A stretch of DNA of 64,000 bases from Eledone cirrhosa (taxonomy: Eukaryota), in contig OZ024742.1 in assembly GCA_964016885.1 (NCBI GenBank), positions 169,198,001 to 169,262,000 of the forward strand, read 5' to 3'. The position numbers and the translations under genes were made by a program. Of this stretch, positions 12,825-24,364 are shown one piece after another (position 1 is the first letter of the stretch; every line of letters starts with the position of its first letter). The notes under the pieces are model-generated. The model was not told the DNA's origin. It was given only the letters and a program-made list of their open reading frames with translations, and did not search any database.

Positions 12825-15800
12825 ATGACTTTGTTATTGTTGTTGTTGTTGGTAGGTCAACAGATAACATACTGTAGTGCTGTCGGAGAAATACCTTATG
12901 ACAGTTTCAATATCAATGATACCATAGAAGTCAAAGCAGGTAACAGCACAATGAATATAGAGTTAAGTTGCTTGGATGAGGACTACATGAATCGTTTGAT
13001 CAATCAAGAATCCGTTGATTTGAAGAGTAGCATAGTCAAGCAAAAAGACTGCATCATCCAGGAATCAAAATATTTAACTGTCATGCCTATCAAATCTATA
13101 AAATTGATAATATTCTGTCTCCGAAATTGCCTGATGTTTAATGGAGAGACAGGCAGTGTTCAATATAGATTCAGCTGTCAGTTAACTCCCTATGAAGTCC
13201 AAAAAACTGACGACTCTTTCAAATGTAACTTTCGTGACAGAAGTGCACACTGTACCAAGAGTCAAAATACAAAGGGTCAGAGTGTAGTGATTGCTACAGC
13301 CACAGCCAATCAAATCCTCTTTCTACCATCAAACCTCCTTAAGGACGGAAATCCCAAACTAATTTCATTCCAACTGACTATGAACCTCAACAATGGTGAT
13401 GCAACAAAGCAGGTCAATGTGAACAAATATGTATACAACACACAAATTCAAGTTCTGCCATACATGTTTAGCAAACGCTGTAAAATAAATCCACAGTCAG
13501 GTTTTGCAAACTCAACTCTGTATAAGCTTTCTTGCAAAGATCTCTCTCTTTACAGTCAAAAAGGAAATTTTTTCTATAGTATATCTTACAAGGGTGCAAC
13601 ATCTTACATTAAAAAGAATGAAAAACTAGGGGAGACATTAGAGGCTGCTTTCAAACTTCCACCTATGCCAAAATATGAAGTCGATATTAAGTTATATGTG
13701 TACAGTGTTGAAGGAGGTAAGACTTGCCTAGAAACTATGTCATCGTTTAGGTGCTCAGTGGAGCCACTTGACAAAACATTAAGTGAAAAGATTGACAATG
13801 TGTCGTTGTCTCAGGATATTGATACTGCGATAAATTCTTTGCTGTTTCTCACCTATCGGGTTAACAACTATAGCATGATAATTAATGATGACACTCTTTC
13901 AAGAAAAGAGAAAGACAAAGTACTTAAAAGTTTAATCAACCTCCGTCTGAAGCTACTAAGAAAAGTGTATGGTTTACAAGTCAAGAGGGCACAAACATTA
14001 CCAAAGCTATCAACATTGTTGGATGAGATCACAAGGAATAAAATAGAATTCAATGCTACTGCGAAAATACTCTATAGCAAAATTTGTTCTATTTTCGCAA
14101 ACCAGCTCAGGAATAAAACCTCAAATTTGACAAAAGATGCATTTGACAATGAAACTCGCTACATTTTTATAGGAATTAGCCACATGCTTAGTAGCTATGA
14201 GGTGGAACCAAGGTTTAAAATGACCACTGCTGAAAAGAAGAAGAATATAAAAAAGTCAATAGAATCAGCGAATAAATTACTGTCCATCATTGATACCATA
14301 AATGTGGCTATTGGGGAAGAGGGTAAAGTGAAGCATACCAAGGAAATTCGGTCACCAAATTCTGTACTGATAGTGGCTAGACACAGCACATACATCAGTG
14401 ATACTTGCAACAATACTTTCATTTCCACTTTGATAATAAACAAGACAAAAATTCAAGCTATGCTCAGCTGTCAACATAAAAACACAGACAAGGATAGAAC
14501 TGTGTTGTTAAGCATGTGTTTAATTATCAATAATCCTTATGATCTGGCAGAATCACTGAAGCCAAATTACCCAATAGTCTTAGTCAAGGCCTACAAAAAC
14601 AACTCAAAGCCTACTGATATAGGTACAAAACTTATCAAAATATCTAATCCCAGGGTACCAGTGAATATAGAATGGAAAAAATTTAATCTAAAATTCGATT
14701 TTCGTCGAGAAGGAAATTTTCTTTATCCTGTTTATTCTAAAAATTTCTCTGTACCGATGGTGAAAGTAAAAAGATCTTACTCCAGCAACCATTACATATT
14801 TGTTAAGCTCGACAAGGGGCCCTTTCGACTTGATGTGATTCCACATGTGATTCGGAAGCTGTCATTCCAGCAGTTAGTCTCAGGAGACATCCCAAGGATA
14901 TCTAATAGCAAAGTATCAAGTGTGAACTACAAGAACTATACAGTGGTCGTACCAGTTGGCTCAATCAAGGAGAATATCTACTTTATCATGGTTCAACCTT
15001 TCAAGAATTACAGCATCGTTGATAGGGTAACTAGGGATCAGAATAACACCCAAAATGATAACAAAATGAACTTGGAACACATGGAAATATCAATGCAAGT
15101 CACAACAGTGGGTAAGACATGTCTGCACTGGAGTAAAGAACTCAGTGTTTGGAATGAGAAATCCTGTAAGCTATCCAACATTTCTGATGGGCTCAAACCA
15201 TCTATTACGTGTTCCTGTGAGAAACCCACCATGGTATCAGGCAGCTTCTTCATCCCACCCAATCTTGTACATCCGATCAATGACTCTTATCTTTTCACTG
15301 AGTTCTTCACAAATCCAATAATGTTTACAGTGTTACTATTTGCATGGGTGATCTACTTTGGACTGCTCCATCTTACAATGCGTCTCAACAAACACGACAT
15401 GGAGTGTGTGACTGTTCTCAGCAATGAATTGAGAGGCTATATCTACCTTATCAGTATCAAGACAAAATGGTGGCCAGGTGCAGGTACCAGCTCAAAGGTC
15501 TACCTGATGTTTATTGGAGTTAATATTTACTGCTCTGTGATCTATCTCCATAACTCACGCAAGCCATGCTTCCAGTCAGGTGACAAGAACTGGTTCCTCT
15601 TGACCACCGAAAGTGGAATTGGCACTATAAAAAAGATTCTGATCTGGCACGACAATTCAGGTCCAAGTCCAGACTGGCTACTTGATTACATAACAGTACA
15701 GGATTTACAAACCAAACAGATATGGTTTTTCATATTTTCTAACTGGTTATCACTAAACAGAGGTCTCTTCTTGACACATGCCATCCTTGAACCTTTAAGC

Positions 15801-16538
15801 GTGGAACAGCAAAAATCCTACACATTCAAACTTTTCCAACTGGAAGTCTTTGAATGTTTCCGAGAATCTCACCAATGGTTTAGCTACATTTTCGCCCCTC
15901 CCAGTTCTTTCACACGTGCACAGCGTCTGACATGTACCTTTGCTCTGTTGTTGGCACTAATGCTGGGCAATATCATGTTCCATGGTATCCCATCAGATGA
16001 CCCTAGTAAACAACTGGATATCGGTCTATTGAAAATATCCATCACATCTATAATGATTGGCTTGGAGACATCATTAGTAATTATACCAATAGGATTCATT
16101 ATCACCCAGTTGTTCATACAGGTGAAACCAAGCACACACACATTTCTTATCCTTGAAGACAACAATAAGAACAAGAAAAGGGAAAATATTGAAAAAGAAA
16201 AAGAGAAGCAATTGAAGGAGACAAAAGAGGGGAGAGAGAAGAAAAATGAAAAGGGTTTAGAGGAGATAAGAGAGTGTGGAGATGAGGAAAATAAGATGAA
16301 TAGATGTTCGTATTCTTTCTGGACTCACATTCGTCCAAGTCTTGATCAAAATACCTACAATATGTTACAGAAATTTAACCAAGATGACAATAATATCAAA
16401 AGTGAAATGGGTAGTAAAAACAGCCGAAAGCTGGAGCATTCCGATTTTGACACACATAAATATAGAGGAGGACATCGAGAGAGCAGAGCAGAATTGGAAG
16501 AGGACAATAAAAACAAGGATAATGATAATGATGTTCAA

Positions 16539-16571
<33 letters not shown>

Positions 16572-16835
16572 CATGATGATGATCATGATGATGATGATCA
16601 TGATGATGATGATCATGATAATAATGAAGTTCATGATAAAAATAATAATGTGAATGATAATCATGTTCATGATGATGATGATGATGATGTTCATGATAAT
16701 AATGAAGTTCATGATAAAAATAATAATGTGAATGATAATGATGTTCATGATGATGATGTTCATGATAAAAATAATAATGTGAATGATAATGATGATGTTC
16801 ATGATAATGATAGTGATCATGATAATGATGATGAC

Positions 16836-16885
<50 letters not shown>

Positions 16886-17354
16886 GAATGTAAAAGATGA
16901 GAAGGAAGATATGGAGGAGAAAAATAGGAAAGAGAAGAAAGGTAAAATTCAGATAAGTCTCAAGTTCCCCCATGAGCTGTTACCCTGGTGGTTTTTGTAT
17001 ATTTCGTGGACCATTGCACTGACATTCTGTCTCATTTGCACCTATTTCATCATACTTTATGGCTTCAAGTACGGCTACAATGTGAGCTTACATTGGACTG
17101 TGTCTTTCTTTACATCACTGATTCAGTCAATTTTCCTCGAGCAGCCATTCGAGATCATCGTTAGAACAGTGTTGTCAATTGTAATGAGAGCGGGTCCCAG
17201 TATGGAAATCTTGCATAAATCTGTGATTGATGAAGAGAAGAACTTCCTCTGGTCCATCCATGCCATATGTAACTATGAAGAGAACTGTAATTTTGTCATA
17301 TATCTGCCTGTACTGAGTGAAGGAGATTTGGATGATGCCAAAGACAAACAATAG
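12825..17354 (+). CDS. Polycystin-1/PKDREJ-like receptor, paralog B: signal peptide, REJ/GAIN-like ectodomain, GPS, TM1, PLAT/LH2, TM2-3, acidic loop, TM4-5; no TOP or channel domain
   Basis: Single uninterrupted 4.5-kb ORF. First ATG at 12825 gives MTLLLLLLLVGQQITYCSA (signal-like). Motifs: C.INPQSG.A..T.Y.LSC (REJ end), CLHW...W...C...CSC (GPS, about 15120-15262), Y.ISIKT...GAGTSSKV...IWHDNSG.SPDW.L..I.V.DL (PLAT), FTRAQRLTC, LPWWF. AATAAA at 17416-17421. The start could alternatively come from an upstream exon. Confidence 0.88.
16519..16885 (+). repeat. Coding (GAT/AAT/CAT)n low-complexity expansion encoding a D/N/H-rich tract
   Basis: Poly-Asp runs and three copies of VHDKNNNVNDN inside the polycystin ORF. 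Confidence 0.95.
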
Positions 17355-17964
17355 TCTGAAGCAGAAACTGAAGAAAACCTTGAGGAACTAAACTTTGAGA
17401 CAGAGGAACAAACTTAATAAATATAGACTTTTGTGTTGATGTTGCTGTTGATACTGCCTTTGTTATTGTTATTAAGTATGGCTTTCATAGTTTTTGTTGT
17501 TAATTTCAATTCAGTCCTCATCCAGCAAACCATGATCATCCTGTATTTGATTCAAATTTAGTGTATCTAGAAAATTATCTAAAGGGTCCTTTTTTGTAGT
17601 TGTTTAGCCCCAGGTCAGCAGTGATCCCCCAGATTTATATTTATATGTTATTGTCAATATCACCCTCACATATCTCTGTATGTCCTTCAGTGTTCCCATT
17701 TTCCAAAGCAAACAAATGTACTTGACAAAATGCATCTCTTGGTTGTAGTTATAATACACAATGTATACCCACATAACAGGTTAGGTAGATGACAGTGATT
17801 GGGGAAATTGAAACATTTACACATAACACAGGCATACATATGTATTGGTGGTGGGGCCAGCTTGATTCCAAATATTAGTTATTTCTAGAATCAGATAATA
17901 TTGTTTCTATGATGCCTATGATGGACATGGCTGGGCAGTCACAGTCTGCAATGAAATCATAATC

Positions 17965-18508
17965 ATCATCATTGTTTTTACATCCATTTTTCCATCTTTG
18001 CTTGGGTTGGATGAGTCCTTTTCAGAAGAGCATCTCTTAACCTGCTGTGTTCCTTCATCATCATCTCTGTGAGTCTCAGTGATTTGAGATCAGTTCTCAC
18101 CACCTCCACCAAGGTCTTCCTTGGTTTACTTCTACTGGCTTCCTTCTACGGGGATTTCCTAGCACTTCTTCATCCAGGTGCTTCACATGTCCATACCAAT
18201 GCAGTCTTCTCTCTTGTACACCACTTCGGATTCCTCTTAAACACAGTTTCTCCCTCAGTTCATCCAAGCTCTGCCTTTCTCTCACATTTACAGTATATTA
18301 CACATCCAACAAAGCATGGTTGCTTCATTTCTCTCCAGCCTACGCATGCCAACTGCAGTCACTGCTCATGTTTCACTACCATGAAGTATTGCACTTCACA
18401 GGCAGGCATCATACAGCTGTCCTTTTGTATGTAGGGAGAAGCCTTTTGTTGTCAACAGTGGGAGTAGTTCTCTAAACTTCTTCCATCCTATACTTATTCT
18501 AGCTATTA
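17965..18508 (-). mobile_element. RTE LINE 3' fragment
   Basis: ARISIGWKKFRELLPLL and RRLHWYGHV on the minus strand; (CAT)n tail on the left. Confidence 0.85.
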
Positions 18509-18670
18509 TATATATATATATATAAATGTAATCTGAGTTTTTTTTAATATTAATAATAACATTCGATTCGTTTGCAATTATGTAAACAAGGCTCAATTTT
18601 ATAGCCATGTCAGTAGAATGAACCCTTCATTCTTGCATATATTTTCGCTAGCTCTGACAGATTGGCAGGT

Positions 18671-18732
18671 GAACAGTGAGCTGTACTGATGAAGGGTGAT
18701 ACCCAGAAACATTAGTGTCTGCAGTTCTGTTC
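18671..18732 (+). ncRNA. Type I hammerhead ribozyme, copy 1
   Basis: gaacagtgagctgta-CTGATGA-agggt gat accca-GAAA-cattagtg-TC-tgcagttctgttc; long stem I, predicted cleavage after GUC (C18719). Confidence 0.85.
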
Positions 18733-19108
18733 ACATGCCAACACAAGAGCAAGAATGAAGGGTTCATTCTACTGACATGGCTATAAAATTGAGGCTTGTT
18801 TGCATAATTGCAAACGAATCAAATGTTGTTATTAATATTCAAAAAACTCAGATTACATTTATTGTATTTAGCCATGTAGAGCAAAATTTTCTTTTTTATT
18901 TGAATTTGGCAGAGCCGGCCATTTATCGCTAGTATACAGGAAACTGACTGGCCAGTCTGCTATGCTAATCTGACTGATCAGTGGATCTGCCAATATGCAG
19001 ATCTGACTGATCAGCCAGTCTGCTAATATGCAAATCAAACCGATCAGTCACTGTGTATTTTTGAAAATAGCATATATTTTCACTAGCTCTGACAATTTGG
19101 CAGGTTAA

Positions 19109-19169
19109 AACAGTGAGCTGTACTGATGAAGGGTGATACCCAGAAACATTAGTGTCTGCAATTCTGTTC
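19109..19169 (+). ncRNA. Type I hammerhead ribozyme, copy 2
   Basis: Core identical to copy 1; predicted cleavage after C19156. Confidence 0.83.
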
Positions 19170-19327
19170 ACATGCCAACACAAGAGCAAGAATGAAGGGT
19201 TCATTCTACTGACATGGCTATAAAATTGAGGCTTGTTTGCATAATTGCAAACGAGTCGAATGTTATTATTAATATTCAAAACACTCAGATTATATTTATT
19301 GTATTCAGCCATGTAGAGCGAAAATTT

Positions 19328-19358
<31 letters not shown>

Positions 19359-20422
19359 GATAGATAGATAATATAATAACACTGATCAACAACCAAAATG
19401 TTTCTGAGACCAGAGTAGCCATTTCCAACTAATTTTAGCTCGCTGATAATGAATATCATGGTTAAAGCTGTTTGTTAGCTCTACTTTTAAACATACACGT
19501 GTCATAGCAGACTTCAACAGGCTTGTGGCAGTGTGTTTCTTACCACATTCACAGTCCCACTGCCCTTCAGTATTGTTCCAGCAGTTATAGGAGGTAGTTG
19601 GGATGTACAATTTATATATTGAGGTGAAATGTAGTTGATTTTCCTAGTCAAACACATTTTAAACTTATAATTCATTTTAAATTTATAATTCATTTTATAA
19701 TTTATAAATTTATAATTTATAATTTATAAATTTATAATTCTTTTTAAACTTATAATTCATTGAGCAAGCTATTGATATGCATGTGAGGCATTTTATATTA
19801 ATTTTATTTTTCTACTGAATGATATAATTTTGATGAAGCACACTCCTCTAAACCACATTTCATAACACAAGGGGAACTCCATGACCTTGTCAGGGATCTA
19901 TAACTACCTAAGAATAAGGCAGAGTTGCTAGGCTCTCGTCTTCAACAGTGGAATCTCCTAGCAGCTGATGTGAAGATTTCAAAATTGTGTGACCATCAGC
20001 AGCAGTTCAGCAATTTCTTCATAATAGAAGGTGATTTATTGGCCTGCAGCAATAGTAATGGTCTGATGGAAGCACATCGTATTGAATACGAACCCAGTCA
20101 CTGGAGGCTGTTCATAGATTCATCAAAAGCTAGTCTGAAAGGTGTCTTGCTGCATAATGGCAATAGTGAACCATCAGTTCATATGAAAGAAACATGAGAA
20201 TATAAAGCATATTTTGCAATCAATAAAATATAATAAACATGATTTGGAAAATCCGTTGAGATAAGTTTAAGTTTATTATTATTCGTATCTCCAAACTTTT
20301 CGGTTTGCATGAGATTTGTATATATATATATATATATATAAATGAAAGGTATAGAAAACATTGTAGCAAAAAGCCAACAGTATTCCATAATATATAAGTG
20401 ACTATATATATATATATTATAT

Positions 20423-20825
20423 ATAAATTATTAAAAAAATAATGAATAAACAAAGAAACAGTTCCTTATATTAAACAAAAAAAGTTCATTATTTTACGAT
20501 CGTTTCTAGGACATATATGTGTTAGAATTGGTATGCATATTCAAAAGATCTATGTACAAAATTATACAAACTATCAGAGTAAATATACATACCTTCACAT
20601 ATATATGCTGTCTTCAGAAATAAATTATTTCTGAAGACAGCATATATATGTGAAGGTATGTATATTTACTCTGATAGTTTGTATAATTTTGTACATAGAT
20701 CTTTTGAATATGCATACCAATTCTAACACATATATGTCCTAGAAACGATCGTAAAATAATGAACTTTTTTTGTTTAATATAAGGAACTGTTTCTTTGTTT
20801 ATTCATTATTTTTTTAATAATTTAT
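20423..20825. repeat. Essentially perfect 403-bp palindrome centred on 20624
   Basis: tcttcagaaataa-a-ttatttctgaaga at the centre; arms mirror out to 20423 and 20825. Confidence 0.95.
20624..20760 (+). ncRNA. Type I hammerhead with about 104-nt stem II insertion (mirror copy on minus strand at 20488-20624)
   Basis: attattt-CTGAAGA-[...catatatatgtg...acacatatatgt...]-GAAA-cgatcg-TA-aaataat; 7-bp stem I and palindromic stem III. Confidence 0.75.
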
Positions 20826-21272
20826 TTTGACTCTGTTTTCCGTTTATCTTTCACCAAAAGTGATTTTTGAATGCATCTCTTCTTTTCATGATATCCGGAT
20901 TACATTGAGTTCTTCATACGGATTGGACACTACCGTAAACTTTTGGTAGATTTATCTACATATATTATATTTATATATAATATTGAAAAACTGGAGAATA
21001 ACATGGTCTAAACTTACATAGGAATGCATAAACTTACAAGTGAAATCATAAACTCGCCATCTACGTAAACCTCTTGTTGAGTCAAACAACGCTGTATGCT
21101 AAAACTATCCATAATAAGAAGTATTCACAACCTCTAACTTGATTACCTATAACAATATTTTGTTATCCTTTATATATATATATATATATGACATAACGGA
21201 GGAGTTGTGGTTAGGAACCAGATGGACCATAACGCACCAGAGTACTCAATACTTAGGGTAGTAGAGTGGGTA

Positions 21273-21403
21273 ATAGGAGAAAGTATGACCCCGACGGCAG
21301 AGCTCAAGCCATTTCGACGGCTATTTCTGGACTACAGACTTTAGTCCAGAAATAGCCGTCGAAACGGCTTGAACTCTGCTGTCGGGATCATACTTTCTCC
21401 TAT
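21273..21403. repeat. About 130-bp hairpin (inverted repeat, 7-nt loop)
   Basis: ataggagaaagtatgaccccgac...ctggacta cagactt tagtccag...gtcgggatcatactttctcctat. Confidence 0.9.
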
Positions 21404-21449
21404 ATATGACATATATAGATGTATGTATATATATATATACATATATATA

Positions 21450-22152
21450 TATGTAATAGTAATATACGTGAACGACAAAGCATAAACGAACTAAGGAAAA
21501 AATTAGAAATAAGAGGGATCAGATGTTGTTTACTAGAGAGAAGGCTACGTTGGTATGGTCACGTGATGCGCATGAAGGACGATAGCTGTATAACAAAGTG
21601 CAGGGCAATAAAGATAGACGGTAGCCACGGAATAGGCAGACCCAGAAAAACCTGGGACGAGCTGATAAACTCCGACCTCACACAGTTACACCTCACCAAG
21701 ACAATGTCACTGGACCGAGACCTTTGGCAGTACTCAGTAATAGAGAAGACCCGCCTTACCTAAATACAAAGTAAAACCTACTACAGTCAGTAGGCATCTC
21801 TAACAAAATACACCCCCGTCCCACCACCCCCACCCCATCCACACCGCCCCCTCTATGTAAAGTTATGTTGGTGCCACACCATCCAGGCCGAAACAAATGA
21901 GATCGTGTAGGTGTCACGACAAAAAAACACACAGTCCACGCTGTAATGTGGCCGTGTAGGCAACACGGTAAAAACCTCCCAGACCCACACTGTAAATGTG
22001 GTTGGTGTTAGGAAGGGCATCCAACTGTAGAAAACCTGCCAGACAGTCCTATGCGAGCAAGACAATCACTCTTGCCTCAAGTGGGAAAACCCCCGTCCAA
22101 ACCCATGCAAGCGTGGAACACGGACGTTAAACGATGATGATGATGATGATGA
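21450..22152 (+). mobile_element. RTE LINE 3' end with UTR and (GAT)n tail
   Basis: ERRLRWYGHVMRM...GRPRKTW. Confidence 0.9.
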
Positions 22153-22334
22153 TATATATGATGTGAATGTTAATATTTAAATTTGTGCGTATAGCCATAT
22201 TTCAGGATTTGGAAAATCCATTGAGATAAGTTTAAATTTATTATTATTTGTATTTCCAAACTTTTCGGTTTGCATGAGATTTGTATATATATATATATAT
22301 GTGACATATATATATATATATATATATGAGACGT

Positions 22335-23677
22335 AGCTTGGTTTTGTGCCTCGGAAAAGTACAACAGATGCCCTCTTCATAGTGAGGCAACTACAAGAGA
22401 GGTTTTTAGAAAAGAATAAGCCACTATACTTAGCTTTTGTTGACCTAGAGAAGGCCTTTGATAGGGTACCCTGATCTGTCATCTGGTGGTCCCTAAGGAA
22501 ACTAGGGGTAGAGGAATGGCTTGTGAGGACAGTGCAAGCTATGTACAGGGTGCTGTCAGTAAAGTGAGAATAGGAATGGAGTTTAGTGAGGAATTCCAGA
22601 TACAAGTAGGTGTACATCAAGGTTCTGTCTTCAGCCCACTCTTGTTCATTAAAGTCCTCCAAGCCATAACAGAGGAGTTTAAGACTGGCTGCCCATGGGA
22701 ACTTCTTTATGCTGATGATCTGGTTCTTATAGCAGAATCAGTAGAGGAGCTAGAGAATAAATTCTGGCTATGGCAACAGCAGTTGGAATCAAGAGGCCTG
22801 AGAGTGAACATAGCTAAAACAAAGGCATTGATAAGTAGAAGAGAGGACAATACTCTGATTCCATCAGGCAAATGGCCATGTTCGATATGTAGGAAAGGTA
22901 CTGGCATAAATTCCATAAAATGTACGCAATGCAGATCAAGAAATGTAGACAGGTAGGGAAAACTACGTATGCAGTAGATGTACAGGGAAAGTTGGCAGTA
23001 GTAATCGATGTGATAGACTCATTTTTCCAATGCAGGTGGGTTTTATAGAAGTGGTTGATAGCTTCCGATACCTAGGTGATCAGATTAGCATGGGGGGGGG
23101 GGGTTCCGAGGCCATAGTATCTAGAATAAGGACGGGTTGGAAGAGGTTTAGGGAGCTACTCCCTCTGTTGACAAAGAAGGGTTTCTCCCTGCGTAAAAAA
23201 GGTCGGTTATATGATGTCTGTGTGAGATGCGCGATGCTGCATGGTAGTGAGACATGGGCAGCAACTGCAGAAGATATTCAACGGCTGGAGAGAAATGAAG
23301 CAAGTATGCTCCGTTGGATGTGCAATGTCAATGTGCATGAACGACCAAGCATAGACGAGTTGAGAAAGAAACTGGGTATAAGAGGGATAAGTTGTGGTGT
23401 GCAGGAGAGAAGGCTGAGATGGTATGGACATGTGATGTGCATTGAGGATGACCGCTGGGTAAAGAAGTGCCAAGAAATCCCAGTGGAGGGAAGACGCAGT
23501 AGAGGTAGACCACGAAAAACATGGGTGGAGGTGGTGAGAGCAGACCGCAGATCACTGAAACATACCGAGGAGGTGACGAAGGACCGTGACAAGTGGAGAA
23601 ATGCTGTGCTGAATAGGACCCGTCCAACCCTTGCAAGCAGGGAAAAGCGGACGTAAAATGATGATGATGATGATGAT
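22335..23677 (+). mobile_element. 5'-truncated, relatively young RTE LINE (RT C-terminal half)
   Basis: AFVDLEKAFDRVP, GVHQGSVFSPLLF, ELLYADDL, FRYLGD, RLRWYGHV; (GAT)n tail. Confidence 0.93.
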
Positions 23678-24364
23678 CAATGGCAGCTCTATAGTGATTT
23701 AAAGCTTTTTGCTCTTGTGATGGGCTTTTACCAATTACTGCTGCTTTCTGTGTGAATGGGACAGCCGTGCATGAGGTTCTCACTATATCAGGAGAGACTG
23801 GCCACCTCATCAATCATTGGAGCCTGGGATGAAAAATGTTCAACAGCCACCTCTCACTCAACCAAACAAAATGTTGCTACCACCACTACACAAAAAACTG
23901 GGGCTCATGAAAAACTTTATAAAAGTTATGGATATATCCAGTCAGGGATTAAAGTATTTAACATCAAAATTCCTCTCACTGAGTGATGCTAAGATAAAAG
24001 AGGGAGTCTTCATTGGTCCTGAGACTCGAGAGCTTCTTAAAAGATGGTAACTTTAAATTAGCCCTTCGTGTAGAGAAGAAAGCTGCTTGGGAAGCATTCA
24101 AGTTAGTGGGGAAGGGATTTCTCGGAAACAGAGGGAAGGAAACTATGAAGAATTAGTGGGAAACCTCATCAAGGCTTACAAGATGCATTAACACCCACTT
24201 TTTGGACTCAACATCACTTAACATCCACTTTTTGGACTCCCATTTAGACTTTTTCCAGAGAACTGTGGGGGCAATTAGTGACAAACATGGTGATAGGTTT
24301 CAACAAGATTTTTCAACCATGGAAAAGCATTACCCAGGCAAATGGAGCACAACAATGCTTACAG

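Larger units (their letters stand above)
18524..19338 (+). mobile_element. Non-coding hammerhead-bearing tandem repeat (retrozyme or PLE pseudo-LTR) with a short inverted 5' copy
   Basis: Direct repeats at about 18637-18898 and 19072-19338, each with a hammerhead. 18524-18636 is the reverse complement of about 18749-18860. (TA)n on both sides. Confidence 0.82.

Noticed and set aside
16365-16973. 202-aa poly-Ile ORF on the minus strand and poly-Met ORF on the plus strand
   Set aside because: Alternative readings of the (GAT)n coding tract.
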